From positions 1 to 57,196 of the forward strand of contig JAJZRB010000006.1 of assembly GCA_021806615.1 (NCBI GenBank): 57,196 nucleotides of DNA, written 5' to 3'. Source of the DNA: a bacterium (lineage in GTDB: Bacteria; Patescibacteriota; Patescibacteriia; Patescibacteriales; UBA12465). The position numbers and the translations under genes are program-made. The number at the start of each line of letters is the position of its first letter. Position 1 is the stretch's first letter. Below the pieces are notes generated by a model. The model saw only the letters and a program-made list of their open reading frames with translations. It searched no databases and was not told where the DNA came from. Below, piece by piece: positions 56,269 through 57,196 of this stretch.

Positions 56269-57063
56269 CTAAGAAAAAAGCTGTAAATACCAATTTATTA
56301 TTCGTTCTCCCCAAATTAGGGTAATAATAGCCCCCAAAGCTAAAAAAGGACCTAAAGCGATGCGCGACTGCCAATTTTTCTTACGCAACCAGAGCAAGAT
56401 CAAGCTAGCTATAGCGCCAACACCATAGGAAACGACCATGATCAAGAGGAGCGATCCAGCATCAGGGAAAGCCAAGCCCAATAACAGCCCTAACCAGATA
56501 TCTCCTTCGCCCAAACCGCGTTTTTTGGTTAAAAAATATTGGATATAGAAAAAAATCGTGCCTAGGGCGCCGAAAAAAACTAAAGTTACCCAAGGAATGC
56601 CCAAGCTTAGGTTCAGGATCAAGATTACCAGGCTCATCGGCCAAACGATCATCATCGGGACGAGCTGCCAGCGGAAGTCATAAACGAAGATAATGACCAA
56701 GGTAATAACCAGGAACCAATCGCGCATCAATAAGAAGCTGAAATCAGGGCTCAACCTATCCATTTGGAAAATGACAAGGAATAAGGACCCCGTAACAAAC
56801 TCCACGAGAGGATACTGCCAAGAGATTTTTTCATGGCACCGACGGCAACGTCCTTTTAAAAGGAAAAAGCTTAAAAGAGGGATATTATCATACCAAGCGA
56901 TAATGCTTCTGCACCGCGGGCAATAAGACCGTCCGCCAAGCGTTTCATTTTTATAAAGACGCCAAATAAGACAATTCAAGAAACTGCCGACAATGAGGCC
57001 GATAATGAAAACCCAGGCGAAAGATAAAGTAAGCATATAATAAAAATTATTGACTATAGTCAT
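56269..57063 (-). CDS. pilD: Prepilin (type IV leader) peptidase, A24 family
   Basis: N-terminal zinc-binding CPRCRS...CRRCHEKISWQYPLVE, multiple TM helices, and GEGDIWL/GPFLALG aspartyl-protease regions. Confidence 0.9.
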   Translation of the reverse strand: MTIVNNFYYMLTLSFAWVFIIGLIVGSFLNCLIWRLYKNETLGGRSYCPRCRSIIAWYDNIPLLSFFLLKGRCRRCHEKISWQYPLVEFVTGSLFLVIFQMDRLSPDFSFLLMRDWFLVITLVIIFVYDFRWQLVPMMIVWPMSLVILILNLSLGIPWVTLVFFGALGTIFFYIQYFLTKKRGLGEGDIWLGLLLGLAFPDAGSLLLIMVVSYGVGAIASLILLWLRKKNWQSRIALGPFLALGAIITLIWGERIINWYLQLFS

Positions 57064-57196
57064 GTTGTAGTTTTAAAATTTCTGAATCATTCGGAGCCAG
57101 ATGCTCAGCTTGCTTGATATACTCTAGGGCTCGCTCCGGATTTCCCGATTCATAGTATAGGGCGGCTAAAGCAACGGACCAATTATAATCTCCGGA
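57047..57196 (-). CDS. C-terminal fragment of a TPR-like protein running off the right edge
   Basis: Absent from the track because the window edge truncates it. The minus-strand frame reads SGDYNWSVALAALYYESGNPERALEYIKQAEHLAPNDSEILKLQHDYSQ*. It overlaps the pilD start by 17 nt. Confidence 0.55.
   Translation of the reverse strand, partial: SGDYNWSVALAALYYESGNPERALEYIKQAEHLAPNDSEILKLQHDYSQ

Overview
This is a gene-dense (about 90% coding) bacterial chromosomal segment with mid-40s % GC that reads with the standard code. Two thirds of the genes lie on the minus strand in long co-directional arrays. I infer, but cannot confirm, a small-genome Patescibacteria/CPR-like (Parcubacteria-type) organism. 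The basis is several large GT-C/GT2 envelope glycosyltransferases, class III RNR, short HrcA and ATP synthase delta, prepilin peptidase, and no Shine-Dalgarno sequences. Confident housekeeping content: groES-groEL and hrcA-grpE-hsp20-dnaK-(GH1)-dnaJ, each behind a perfect CIRCE operator; a complete F1Fo ATP synthase operon (atpZ-like, B, E, F, H, A, G, D, C); nrdR-nrdD-nrdG; ftsA-ftsZ; ftsE-ftsX; an ftsB-like gene; mltG; a class B PBP; uppP; pgeF; tatD; an OmpR-type two-component system followed by mgtA; and three tRNAs (Gln-UUG, Gly-CCC, Thr-CGU). I saw no CRISPR array, IS element, integrase or rRNA. The observations most worth follow-up are listed here. (1) The class III ribonucleotide reductase appears split, with the glycyl-radical segment on a separate 45-codon ORF between nrdD and nrdG. 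(2) Two tandem paralogues consist of an unassigned N-terminal region plus a PEP-utilizer phosphohistidine swivel domain. (3) A TraD/VirD4-like ATPase with a C-terminal zinc ribbon is coupled to a DEDDh exonuclease. (4) A signal-peptide, porin-like beta-rich protein sits in its own AT-rich transcription unit beside a 16-bp perfect inverted repeat. (5) A beta-carbonic-anhydrase-like protein is the last gene of the ATP synthase operon. (6) A truncated polyprenyl-synthase-like protein overlaps the sensor kinase gene. (7) A GH1 beta-glucosidase lies inside the CIRCE-controlled dnaK operon. (8) GrpE carries an N-terminal DUF1653-like module. All functional calls rest on motifs read by eye; no database search was run.
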